NCBI RefSeq assembly: GCF_964204865.1
Contig: NC_135261.1
Location: 18,600,001-18,664,000, forward strand
Source: Styela clava
Taxonomy: Eukaryota
DNA length: 64,000 nt
Direction of reading: 5' to 3'
In this document: piece by piece, positions 1 to 12,431 of the stretch
How positions within the stretch are numbered: position 1 is the first letter of the stretch
Layout: the number at the start of each line of letters is the position of its first letter
Program-made: the position numbers and the translations under genes
Notes under the pieces: model-generated
Seen by the model: the letters and a program-made list of their open reading frames with translations, nothing else
Database searches by the model: none
What the model was told of the DNA's origin: nothing

Positions 1-1829
1 TCCAATATAGTTACCACGAAACTGAAGTCGTTGACCCATAAGATGGTATTGAAAACTGCACAACAAAATTAGTCCTTTTATAATATACACTCATACTCGA
101 TAAGACTGAAAATATGCGTGACGTGCAAAGCATTTATTTGAGATAGATTGCTGGAGTGCTTATTCAACAAACCTGTTTCCCATCAGATAGACCTGGATCA
201 ATTTACGCAGCTGACATTCTGAAAAAAAAAACAGAAAATTATATTCGTTACATAAGTTACTTTATGGTTAATGAGTGACTATGCCAGACCACTCTTCAAC
301 AATGACGTCACAATGCAGTTGTAAATATATTATACCGTCATAAATAACTCTTGAACATCTCTGATATATGTGTTTCTAGTCGCGAGATGTGAGTGGGGCG
401 CATTACTCAGTTACAGATAAATATAACATTACTGATAAACAAACTTACCATTCCTTATTTTTTAAATAAACGGGCATACGATAAAAATGGTTATAAAATA
501 GTAAATTACCTAAATCGGAGGTTCGTTGTTGCATAGATAAATTAGTATAGATAGAAAATATCTGGGACAACAATTATTAACCTGATCAAACTCAGTCTTG
601 AACCACTTAACTTATGAACCCCAACACCCTCAGAAGATCACACGAACTGAAAGAACTTTGTTGTAATATTCCGCTTGAAACTCGACAGAACAGTACGGCA
701 ATAACACTCACAAAATGCACACAGAGTTTGTGGACTATAGAGGACTTGCACGGGTCACGTGACATTGTTGCTGGACGGCAATAAAACAAAAACGTCCATT
801 TGGCTCCTGTCAGTTGCAAGTCGGATTATACGTTTCCGTTTTGTTTGGCTGTTGAAAATGGTTATTTCGTTGTTCTGTTGGCTGTACGTATAGTATAGAC
901 AACGAAATGGATCTTCAGTAATATTCCACTGATTTCAAAAGATTCTGAACGTCGCGCAACGTGGATATCATCTATTGCCTATTGGCAGAACTGCTTGGTG
1001 TCAAGTCCAGAAGCCATCTTACTTGTGTTTCACTGTTTGCGGACAGCACTTCGTTGATGGTGAGTGATAATGTGCCGTTATCAATTTCTTTAAATATTCA
1101 CAAGCTCCCTCATTTCAATGAAAAGCAGATGACAAACTACTGTTATCAGTATGCCTACTTGCAGTTGCAGACTTGACTTGTGTAAGACAGTAAGGAATTA
1201 ATAATCTAATAATCAACTACTGTTATTAGTAGGCCTAGTTGCAGACTTGACTTGTGTAAGACAGTAAGGAATTAATAATCAATTGCTGTAAGGTATTGTT
1301 TCCCTGATTAGCAGGTAATCTATTACTAAGTGTGAAAGGTTGAATAGATAACTAAAGTTTAAAACCAGTGGTCATGCAAAAAATAACCAGAATTCAATTG
1401 AATTCGCCATCTAGGAATACGCTCGCCACGGCATCTCTGACCACCCTGGTAGTTTCACAGGTTTCAATCCCATGCGGGGATAGTTATGTGCTAGAGGATT
1501 GCAGCTCCACTCCCACCGAGGGTGGTTCACATGAACGCTGATCGGGTACGACCATTCCCCCCCCCCCCCCCCCCCAGATAAATCCTATCCTAATGGTGCT
1601 TGTACAACTGATTCAAAATGTCTTTTTATCGTCATTGGTAAAAAAGATATGCTACCCGGAATCAAATTCATTCACGACTAGTGGCTGTGGTGGGATATGG
1701 ACATTAATTTCACACTCCTTGATTGTTAGATTTTATGAAAACTCTTATCTGTATCCATTATCTTACAGATATGGGTGCGACCATGGAATAGATGGATGGC
1801 AAAGTATAAGTTGCAACAAGACCACAGTG

Positions 1830-2115
1830 GCACAAGACCTCAGCTTGCGTGACTTGATAATACATCCTCAGTATCCATTTATTGATGCTTATCGTAATGA
1901 CAAAGTAACTTGTCATTACTGTGGATTGGTGGAGATAAAGTGTCCATTGTGCTTTAACGAAATCAACTTCAAGACGACCCTATCAAGAAAAAAAATTGTT
2001 TCGGTGGGTCTGGTCGTGAAGGTTTCATCCTAACGTTGGACACCGATACTACAACCAGATACAGTTGCCTATGAAACTTAAGCGAGGCGTAATATTGCGA
2101 CTTTGTGATCTGAAA
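1830..2115 (+). pseudogene. YqaJ/lambda-exonuclease-like domain remnant of the transposon
   Basis: Translation LIIHPQYPFIDAYRNDKVTCHYCGLVEIKCP, then after a frameshift HRYYNQIQLPMKL...YCDFVI*. These match the degenerate YqaJ motifs (P-F-x-G-A-S-P-D-G, E-I-K-C-P, Y-Y-x-Q-x-Q, C-D-F-V-x-W). Confidence 0.75.
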
Positions 2116-2389
2116 GGAAATTCTGATGCGTAGCCGGCTAGCCGCAACCTTTTGTTTAAAGAATATTATGAGATACGACTTAAGAGTCTAAACTTTTATT
2201 TAAGAGGGGTGTAACCCAAGCTAATTTACAAATTGTATTCACGGTACCAAATGTATCACACACTTTACAGTAATTATAAATTATATTTGAAAAATAAAGC
2301 ACATCAAAAATGTATTTTTAAAAAACTGGTTTTATCTGCAGATACTAGGTTGATATTGAGATTGACCATTTCAATGCTAAATTTTCTTT

Positions 2390-2830
2390 AGTCAAAAGGC
2401 AAACTTGATTCGCAAAAATTTGTGAATGCGCACAGTACACCAATTTGTCTAATGTTTTGATTCCATAGGCAGGAGGTTGTGGATCGGTGCTGCTCAGGAT
2501 GGGATATTTTTGCCTCTAAATGCATATTACGTGTTTCACATGAGTCCATCGTGCTCAGATTCGACTGTTTTCAAGGTCTGAAGGCTCCAACAGCCTTATT
2601 TTATGGGTACACAAGAGAATTTTCAATGTGGCATGCATGGGTCAGTTGGAGTCACTAACCTCAAGATATCTATAAGCAAGGATAAGATAACCTGGAAGTA
2701 ACATTCCATAATTTAGAGTAAAAAATGTATCTGCCTCCACAGCCCTTTCAAATGGAAGATATGATGCCTCGGGGGTAATTTCTATCAAATATTTTACAGT
2801 ATTATGGTTCTAGTGAAAAGGGGTGTAGGC
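2390..2830 (-). pseudogene. DDE transposase remnant (Harbinger/ISL2EU-type, DDE_Tnp_4-like)
   Basis: Minus-strand translation HNTVKYLIEITP...KGCGGR...LLPGYLILAYR...ATLKI...ENSRI*ARWTHVKHVICI*RQKYPILSS resembles the family consensus HNTxKYLIGITP..GWGGR..LLPGDxILADRG..RIHVERVIG..RQKY; interrupted by stops and frameshifts. Confidence 0.75.
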
Positions 2831-5599
2831 GGCTTTTTTTTAGTGTGGTAGGTCTAGTCGAAAGACACATTAAATGTTTATGCTAACAACTGCGAATTAA
2901 TATTGCAACGCATACAAGTTAACAGAATTTGTTGAAATGGTCCTGCCTTTTGCCTTCCTTCAAAATCCTCCTTTTTCTAACTATTCTCTTCTTCTCTGGG
3001 GATGGCGAAAATTCAAATATCGATGGGACATGTAAGCAGCTGATAATGGGTATCTTCACTTTTTCCTGAAAATAAATTAAACACTAATCATCATTTGACA
3101 GTGCCAAGTTTGTGTATCAGATCAGTAATAAATTACCTGCTAACTAACAAAACAATCAGACAACACCTTCTGACCATTAATGAAGATTTCTTTCAGTTTA
3201 AAACGCAACTATGCCAACGCAACTAGTTTTTAGGATAGAATTTATCTGTGGTTGGGGACAGATTGCAAGGTGCAACATCGTACGATTACCATTCTATGTC
3301 GGGATTAGTTAGCCAGTTTTTTGTTTTAGAAGCATGGACTTGATGGTGGGGGATGTCGTAATCGACCAGCGGTCGTGTGAACCACCCTTAGTGGGAGGAG
3401 AGCTGCAATCCCCTCGCACATAACTATCCCCGCATGGGATGGGAACCTGTGAAACTCCCAGGGGGATCAGAGATGCGGTGGCGAGCGTATTCTCAGATAG
3501 AGAATTCAATTGAATTCTGGTTATTTTTTGCATTAGCACTGGCGTTAAACTTTAGTTATCTATTCAAATTTTCACACTTACTAATAAATTACCTGCTAAC
3601 TAGGGAAACAATACCTCATGGCAATTATTGATTAATACCTTACACGAGTCAAGTCTGCAAGTAGGCCTACGCCTAAGCCTACCAATAACAGTAGTTTGTC
3701 ATCTGCTTTCCATTGAAATGAGGGAGCTTATGAATATTTAAAAAAAATTGATAACGGCACATCATGACTCACCATCAACGAAGTGCTGTCCGCAAATAGT
3801 GAAACACGAGTAAGATGGCTTCTGGACTTGACACCAAGCAGTCCTGCCAATAGATGATATCCATATTGCGCGACGTTCCGGATCTTTTGAAAACAGTGGA
3901 TTATAGCTGAAGATCCATTTCGTTGTCTATACTATACGTACAGCCAGCGGAACAATACGAAATAACCATTTTCAACAGCCAAACAAAACGGAAACGTATA
4001 ATCCGACTTGCAACTGACAGGAGCCAAATGGACGTTTTTGTTTTATTGCCGTCCAGTAACAAGGTCACGTGACTCGTGCAAGTCCTCTATACTGAATTTG
4101 TAGATTGTGAATAACACACTGAGTTTATGGCTCAACTAAATAGGAGTTTGACTAATACACACGCAGAGTTTGATTTCAAATACTGATAGATTCCGGGATT
4201 AATAACTGAATAAAATACAAAAGAAATGGTAATTATAAACACATAAATCCCAGACTATCCTAAAACCTAACATAATGATTCCCTACTAAATATTAAAACT
4301 AACAGCAATCTAAAATGATTCATAAAATCTACACTCCTATAAATCCTAAAAAGACCAGCAAAGTAGATAACAGCAGATTGCACTATAACTAGCTCGCCTC
4401 GCTCACGCAAGCCGAAAGCAATACAAGAAACTAACTAAAGAGCAAAGAACTTTATCGGTCGATTGCCGCAGCCAATAGCGTGCAAGATAAACATATTGCG
4501 TTTATTGCCGTACAACAAACAACCAATCCGGAACCTTTTGAGTCTTCTGATTCATACAATCACAGTAGACACATCTTTTCTGCCGTGACAATGTGCTTGT
4601 TGGACATGAAATGCATGTACCTACTTCGTACCCATATATATATATATATATTAGAGCATTGTTCATTTGTGATTTACTTGTTGTTTTGAAAAAAATCGCA
4701 TTTCGCTATTAACCGGACCAATTGCTTTGAAATTTTCATTGGTTGCATTATTCGCTAGAATGCTATTACTTTTATTTATTTTTAAAAATTACCATGGGCT
4801 CTATAAGATTCGATTTCTGGTGTGCAACGACGTCAAGAAAATTAAAAGTTGCGGCCCTCGTGGCGGTTCCGCGTTCGCGTTAATGGTCAGGCGACTGTGG
4901 TACGTTAGTTCACTATGACAGATTGCATATACCCGTACTACTTCGTTTTTACTTTCGTGTTCATATGCTTGAACATCGCCATCTTGTTAAAATATGTATT
5001 ACTTTGTTTGCATATGATATTTTATACATCGCCGGAATAAAAATGGACGCACACGATAAACATTCACGTTCGAATAACATGTAGCCTATGCGCTGTAAGC
5101 TATTTGATATTTAAAACAAGTCAGATTGTATACGATAACGTAGCTAACCGTCGACACTTATTGGACATCTATAGCAGAGATTTCGTTTTCCTACATTCGT
5201 AGCGTTTTCGCCAATCACAAATTGTGAAAAATGTGTTTTCGTAAAAATTGAACCTGAATATTCCACTTATGGATTTATGCTAAAAGTATCTATTTGAAAA
5301 AAATGAGCACAACTCTTTCTTCTTGAAACATATGAATAATGAAACATATTTGAATATTAATAATATTCAGTCTACAGCTGTATTGCACGATTTGCACATC
5401 TTTGTATCTCTCTTGAAATTGGATTATTGCGCCAATTCGTTTCCCACAAATGTTAATTAATCAAGCATATGCGAATAATACGATAATTCATTTTTTCAAT
5501 GTAATTGGTGATTAACTAGATTCCAATATTTAGTTTAGCAAAATGTACCTCTTGCCACGACTGGTCTGCGTTTTTGATTTTGTATGCTTATGGAAAAGA

Positions 5600-8500
5600 G
5601 AAAAAATTTCTCGCTATTACAATCAAACCATATACCAGAAGTACAAATTTGAGTAATTCGACAATTTAATTATGAATCACCGTGCTATTTTTGACCAACA
5701 TCACGTGAGTCGGTGACGATATAAACAAATCATGACGTAAAAACGCGGGAGATTTGAATTCGTTTGCAGTCGTACTACCCACAGTTTATTTATATATAAT
5801 CTATCATCAGAGTGTCGTTTAAAAACCACAATAGGTAACCAGAATTAATTAAAGCTATTCTATTTATAGATATAGTTATTAATATTCAAATGTGTTACCC
5901 TATTTGAGACATATTAGTGGTGTGCTTTGGTGAATTTCTGTAACTAAGATTTTAATGATATATTTCTGGATTGATATTTCTGATTGGTGATTTCAAACTT
6001 TTGAATTTTTTTTTCCGTTAATATGACCAATATAATAAACATCTATATTGGACGCTCAGTGGCAAGTGAATACAAGTATTGCTAAAAATAGGAAAGGGTC
6101 AACGTTGTATTCTTGAGTCGAATAAAATTAAGTCAACTTCATTTAAAATATATATTTTTTTTAAATATGTTGTAACATTACTAAGGTTATCACACACCAT
6201 TTTCATCACCTATACCCGGTTCTACACAATATGTATATATATAGCACTATATTTACAGTCATATCGTGACTTCTAAAAATTTGATTCGGATTTATTTGAG
6301 CATGCATTTTAATCGATTTATCAATTCTGACCTATAAACCAATATAAAATTTAAAGGAATAAATAAACAAATAAAAAAATGACAGCCAGAGTAAATATAA
6401 GTAAAATTTTGGATTAAAATATCGGCTGCGACAATAAAAAAAAAACATTTATCGATCCGACACCATTGCAGATCTGCCTTAAATTAGACAAACAACAGAA
6501 TTGTTCGACTATACTGCGAAACCGTGACATCGCATTCCAGAGGTAATTGGTAAAATATTCTATGAAAGTAGAAGTGCGTGCATTTTATTTTTGTACATGT
6601 ACACTATGACTATTTTCTTAACGAAACTCTAGCAAAAGTTATTTTAAAAAATTTTCCAATTGGCTCTTTGAGGATGACTACTGAACATTGGACGCAATGT
6701 GAAAAAATGGCGATACTATATCATATTATTAACATTTTCTAAATATATCAGACAAATTAAATCACAAGTTCAATTCAATAAATGTACCACTTAGTTTACG
6801 AAGATAAATTTAGCTATCCATTATTATTAGTTAGTTTGATAATTTCGAATATTCAAACACAAAACAGGCTGATTTAAGCTAACATTGGTCGGCTTGGAGG
6901 CGTGTTTAAATAGAACCATCTCGACGTCAGAAAAATACTTTATAACAACTTTTGAATGTAAACACAATCTCATTTAAATTCTGCGAAACGTATTTTATAA
7001 ATGAAAAATAAAATACATAAGTAAGTCGACAATTTAATTATGATGCACTTGGATATGTTGGTCCACAACCACACGAGTCGACTGCGTAATGAACGGATCA
7101 TGACTTAAATAAAAACGCAGAAGATTTGAATTCGTGTCCAGCATACAGGCGTTCTACCCGTAGCCTAAGTTATAACCTATCATCAGAGCGTCGTTTGAAA
7201 AGCAAAACAAAAATTCGAATATAATGAAGCTATTCTATTCATAGATAGTTATTTTCAATCAATTGTGCCGGCCTATTTTATAACATTTTTGTTGTGTGCT
7301 TTGTTAAGATTATGTAACTAGGATTTGAATAATATTTTTGGAACAATATTCCTATTGATGAGCTCAAACATTCAAATTTTGTTTCGTGTATATGATTACT
7401 CTACTAGATTTCTTTAGTGGACTCTTAATTGCGGGCGAATGAATACAACTAAGGGGGAAAAAAGTAAAGTGACAACGTTGAACTTATGAGTCGACTAATA
7501 TAAGGTCAACGTCATACATATTTGCAAAATATATTGTATGATTACTAATTTATTACACACACCATTTTTGACCACCTAAACCCGGTTCTACACGATATGT
7601 ACTGAGCACTATGTTTACAGTCATGTCGTGACTCCAAAAAGTTCGAGTCGGATTTATTTAAGCATGCATTTCAGTTTGTTCATCAATTCAGACCTATAAA
7701 CCAATATAAAATTTACTTGAATAAATAAACAAATACAAAAATGACGGCCAGAGTAAATATGAGTAAAATTTTGGATTAAAATATCGGCTGCGTCGAAAAA
7801 AATTTTTTTTATCGATTCGACATCATTGCAGATCTGCCTTAAATTAGACGAACAACAGAATTGTTCGAAAGATCATTGGAAAAATATAATAAAAATAAAA
7901 AGTGCGTGCATATTATTTTGCACGCTATGATACTTTTATTAACGAAACTTTAGCAAACGTTATTTTAAAAGCTTTTCTGAATGGCTCTTTCGGGATGACT
8001 AATAAACATTGCACAAACTGTTGACAAAATGGCGTTGTTATATCAAATTTCCTAAATAAATCACACAAAAATAGGTAATATAGGCTAATCTTGATCAGCT
8101 TGGAGACCTATTTAAATAGAACCATCTTGACGTTATAAAAATATTTTTTTCAAACTTTTGAATGTAAACACAATCTCATTCAAATTCTGCAAAACGTTTT
8201 TTTTTATAAATAAAAAAATATATTTATTTCGGGCATCAAAACAGGAGTTGATTTATTACACTTAAATCCAATACCAGAAGTGCAAATTAAAGTAAGTCGG
8301 CAATTTAATGATGATGCTCCGTGTCATTTTGTACCAACATCACGTGAGTCGATGGCGATATGAAATGTTTATGACGTAGATAAAAACGCGGGAGTTTTGA
8401 ATTCGTTTGTAGCATACATGCGTACTACCCACAGTCCAATTATAACCTATCATCAGAGTGTCGTTTAATTAAAAAACCAAAACAAGGATCAGAATCAAGT

Positions 8501-9775
8501 TAAGCTGTTCGAGTTATAGATACGCTGCAATATTTAAGACACATTAGTTGCGTATTTGGTGAATTTCTGTAACTACCATGTAAATGATACATTTTTGGAT
8601 TTATATTTCTTATTCGTGAATTTAAACTTTCGAATTTTGTCCTGTATATGACCACTATACTAGATATCTATAGTGTACTCATAATGGCGAGCCAATTCAT
8701 TTATTGCTAAAATAAGTATAGTGTCAACGTTGTATTCTTGAGTTCAGTGAATTATGTCAACGTCATTTGAAAAAATTATTTTTGAAATATGCTGTGTATC
8801 ACAACTAAGATTATCACACACCGCTTTTGTATATCTGGTTATAAATCATATGTACTGCATGTTATATTACCAGTCATGTATATTTTAACATCATGATCCC
8901 AAAAAACTTGAGTCGGATTTTTATATATGCCTGCAAATTTAATTTTGACTATAAGGCCATATAAAATTAACAAAACAAAAATGAATTACTAAGTACAAAT
9001 AAAGCCAGAGTGAATATAAGTGAATTTTGGATTAAATATCGGCTTCGACGACCAAACAATTAAGTAATAGCATCATAGCGGCCCTTCCCATCTTCAAGAA
9101 CTGAAACCCTGAAGTCATTAGGAAGACAAGGAAACAATTAATTTCACATAAAAGGTGACAAAAAAAGTGATGTTCATATTGGCTGAAACTGGGTGGACAC
9201 TCATTTAATTTCATCGATCCGAGATCATTGCCCTAAATCAGACAAACAACAGAATTGTTCAACTATATTGAGAAACCCTGACATTGTATTCAAAAGTCAT
9301 GTGGTAAGATATTATAGAGTAAACAAAAAGTGCGCGCATGTTATTTTTGTACACTCTGACGCTTTTCTTTACGAAACTGTGGCTAAAGTTATTTTAAAAA
9401 GTGATTGATTGACTCTTTCAGTATCACAATGGTAACAAAATGGCGACGCTATATCATTTGAATAACATTTTTCAATTATATCAAACAAATAAAAGTAGAT
9501 ACCATAAAATATACTACCTAGTTTAAATTTAGCTATTCATTGTTATTGGTTAGTTTGATAGCTCTCAAATTTTCAAACACAAAACGAGATAAATAAAGCT
9601 GATCTTGATTAGGTTTGGAAACGTGTTAAAATAGATCCATCCTGACGTCATCATGACAACATGCTAGACCAAGTTTTCAACATAAAAAATATCTGTTACA
9701 AATTCTACGAAATGTATTTTATTGAATATAAAAAAAATACATTTATTTTGGAAAACAAAACATGAATTGATTTAG
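5600..9775 (+). repeat. Degenerate tandem array (3 units, ~1.3 kb) upstream of gene A1
   Basis: Marker CACGTGAGTCG..ATGACGT..AAACGCGGGAGATTTGAATTCGTTT recurs at ~5700, 7070 and 8340; marker AGACAAACAACAGAATTGTTC recurs at ~6485, 7845 and 9240. Confidence 0.85.
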
Positions 9776-9811
9776 TATAAATTAGGTCACTTGTGCACAC
9801 TTGGCATCAGT
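9776..9811 (+). promoter_or_regulatory. Core promoter of A1: TATA box, TGCACAC, TCAGT initiator
   Basis: TATAAAT at 9776, TGCACAC at 9794-9800 and TCAGT at 9807-9811; the same spacing is conserved before all four paralogs. Confidence 0.7.
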
Positions 9812-9953
9812 GAGTGAAAGACAGTGAAAAAGCCGTCATTGACTTCGTGAATCGTACTTCCAATGAAATTTCTTGGTTGAAAATTTGAAAAAAAAACTCT
9901 GTTTTTCGAATGCAATTTTAAAAATAAACTCTTAAATCCAATATTCTGACACA

Positions 9954-12431
9954 ATGAAGATACTGGTTGTTTTGTGTTGTTTCGTAGTTGCAGGTAAGAT
10001 AAAAGTTTTCATAATTACACTATCTGTTTTAAATTTGATAAGCATTATCAAAATTATCGAGACTATAATAATATTCAAATATTCCCATAATTCAAACAAT
10101 CAAAAGCTTATAACCTAAAAACTTCAGTATTAGTGTTTTTTCAATCTTATTGAAACAACAAACAGATAATTAAAGATTTTGAATTTTGTTCATTTCCAGC
10201 CGTGATGGCTGACACCATTTATGCTGCCCCTTGGATATTACAAACGAGTATATTAAATTTCGCACAAGGTTGAATCAACAGAAAATGTTAATGATTATAT
10301 TCTTCTCAGTATCTTCATATGGGGGAGAGAGGAGACAATATTTTCAGTGGGGAAGCGGAAACAAAGGTATTTACTTTTTGTTTAGTTTATCAAGAAAGGT
10401 AAGTCAACATAAAAATTGATGCTTCTACATTAGTGATTTCTATACAAAATTTCTATCTGTTCAAAAACAACAATCATGCTCTTTAAATGAATTGATAACA
10501 CGATAATGACACTGAATATATTTTTCAAAAGATAACTTTGGACCAAAATCATTTGGAGACGGCCTTAGACGTAGAACAAACGGATGGAGAACAAGTAAAC
10601 CAGTTTTGTTTATGCGTAAACGTCTACAAGAAAGAACAAAATTTGCACCAGAAATACCAATACCCTATCGACCAAGTCTGTTTAAACGTTCTCCTCCAGG
10701 CATTATGATCAAAAAACAGGATACACCTGAACCATTGTGGCAGCGAGCTCTAAAAATTCTCTTCAACATAAATAGCAACAAATACCGGCCGAGACCATTT
10801 GGTATTCCGGGGGATGATGATAAAAGTAGACTTGGACAACTTTGGCGCCGAGTGGATGTTGTTAGAAATCGACCCGGGCCATTTGGACGTCGAGGAGATG
10901 GAGGCAGACTAGGGCCTTTTAGGCGACAAGGAGATGACGATGGTTATGAACCTGGACCTTTTCAACGTAGAGAATATGGTGATAGAGGTGGACTTGGACC
11001 TTTCGGGCGTAGAGGAATTGTGAATAGACTGGGACCTTTCGGGCGTGGAGGAGTTGTGAATAGACCTAAACCTTTCGGGCGTAGAGGAGATAATGATGGA
11101 GATAGACCTCGACCTTTTTGGAGCAGAGGTGATAATGGTAAAGATAGACCTAGACCTTTCGGACGTAGAGGAGATTATGTCGGAGATAAACCTAGACCTT
11201 TTTGGAGTAGAGGAGATAATGATGGAAATAGACCTGGGACTTTCTGGAGTAGAAAAATTAGTGACGAAGACAGGCTTGAACCTTTTGGACGACGAGAACA
11301 TGGTGATGGTGATAGACCTAGATCTTTTTGGAGTATAAGAGATAAGGATGGAGATAGACCAGTACCTTTTGGACGTGGAGGAGATAATGGTAGGGATAGA
11401 CCTGGACCTTTCGGACGTCGAGAAGATGGAAATAGGCCAGGGCCTTTTGGACGCCGAAGAGATGGCGATGAAGATAGACCTGGACTTTTTAGGCGTAGAG
11501 GAGATGGTGGTAGAGATAAACCTGAAAAATTCAATTTTGATGATAATTCCAGAAAGTTTAAAGAATGCAATAAACAATGTGAATCATTAGACGAATGTTT
11601 CGGCAAAAAAGACTTTAAAAAAATTATGATGATTGCTCCTAAACCTTGCAAGACATGTGTGATGAAAGAATGTGAATTTAAAACGAGTAAGTGTATATTT
11701 ATTCTATAATTTTCTTTTAGCAAAATGTCCAACTCAGATTTTATAAATAAACGAGGCGAAACATTGATTTTTACCAGATTTGAAATGCTTTTTCTGTTTT
11801 TTCACATGAAGCATATTATTGTTAATTCAATTTTTCGCGATCAAAATCTATTGATCTAAAATTTACTGCTGTTTCATAAAGTCAGATTGTGATAGGTTAT
11901 ATTCATTATATTTTTTTAGATCGTCAATGCTTTGTGGATTCCCATGCAACGTGCAGTGACATCTGCCCGAAAATATCACCTGATAAAGTCAAGGATAAAA
12001 TTTCCTCATGTGCATCATGTATCAATAAATGCGAAGCGGAAGGTATTTTTTTATATTTATTTCTTTTATCACCTGATGTTGCAATTGTCGAAGAAGCTTG
12101 ACCAAAGATGAGAGATTTGAATCTTTTACAGAAATATGAAAGTTTAATCATTCAAGCCATCATAACCAACTAAAACTACTCTAAATATGACATTATTTTA
12201 ATTGGAACAACTTTTTATAAAGATGACAACCAGAAAACTAAGGATGACAGTGAAGGCTACGAAGAAAACGGCACAAATGGAGTCGATGATGACGTGGAAA
12301 GCGAAGATCATGGCGATGCCCACGATGACGGAGCTGAGGCAGACAACGAAGATTGGCCAGAAAAGGAAGATGATAATGATGAGATAACCCCTGAGATGAT
12401 TTTGGCAATATTCAATAAGTTGCTATCCTAA
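9954..12431 (+). CDS. Gene A1: intact secreted RPGPF/RGD-repeat, Cys-rich (vanabin-like), acidic-tail protein, ~527 aa
   Basis: Exons 9954-9993, 10310-10366, 10532-11686, 11920-12042, 12223-12431, all GT-AG and phase 1, join in frame. Signal peptide MKILVVLCCFVVAVSSYG; repeat array; 12 Cys across exons 3-4; Asp/Glu tail; AATAAA at ~12444. Confidence 0.88.
10870..11525 (+). repeat. Coding 42-bp (14-aa) minisatellite in A1 exon 3
   Basis: Repeating AGACCT(G/A)GACCTTT(C/T)(G/T)GG..GTAGAGGAGAT units, translated RPxPF(G/W)(R/S)RGD. Confidence 0.9.

Larger units (their letters stand above)
739..4088. mobile_element. Decayed ISL2EU-like (PIF/Harbinger-ISL2EU group) DNA transposon with very long terminal inverted repeats
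   Basis: Termini AGAGGACTTGCACGGGTCACGTGAC (739) and GTCACGTGACTCGTGCAAGTCCTCT (4088) are flanked by AT on both sides. Inverted homology runs ~739-1560 vs ~3345-4088. The interior has convergent YqaJ-nuclease and DDE transposase remnants, the two-ORF layout known for ISL2EU. Confidence 0.8.

Noticed and set aside
1-460. Possible minus-strand exons (acceptor/donor-like sites near 56, 173-218 and 448) of a gene leaving the window
   Set aside because: Too short and no recognisable protein; the most direct ATG join stops after seven codons.
1420-1500. tRNA-like B-box sequence
   Set aside because: No cloverleaf or A-box could be drawn; at most SINE-derived, so not called a tRNA.
4092-4590. Possible LTR fragment (minus-strand TGTCAC start at 4590) into which the ISL2EU element inserted
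   Set aside because: No second LTR, PBS or TSD could be identified.
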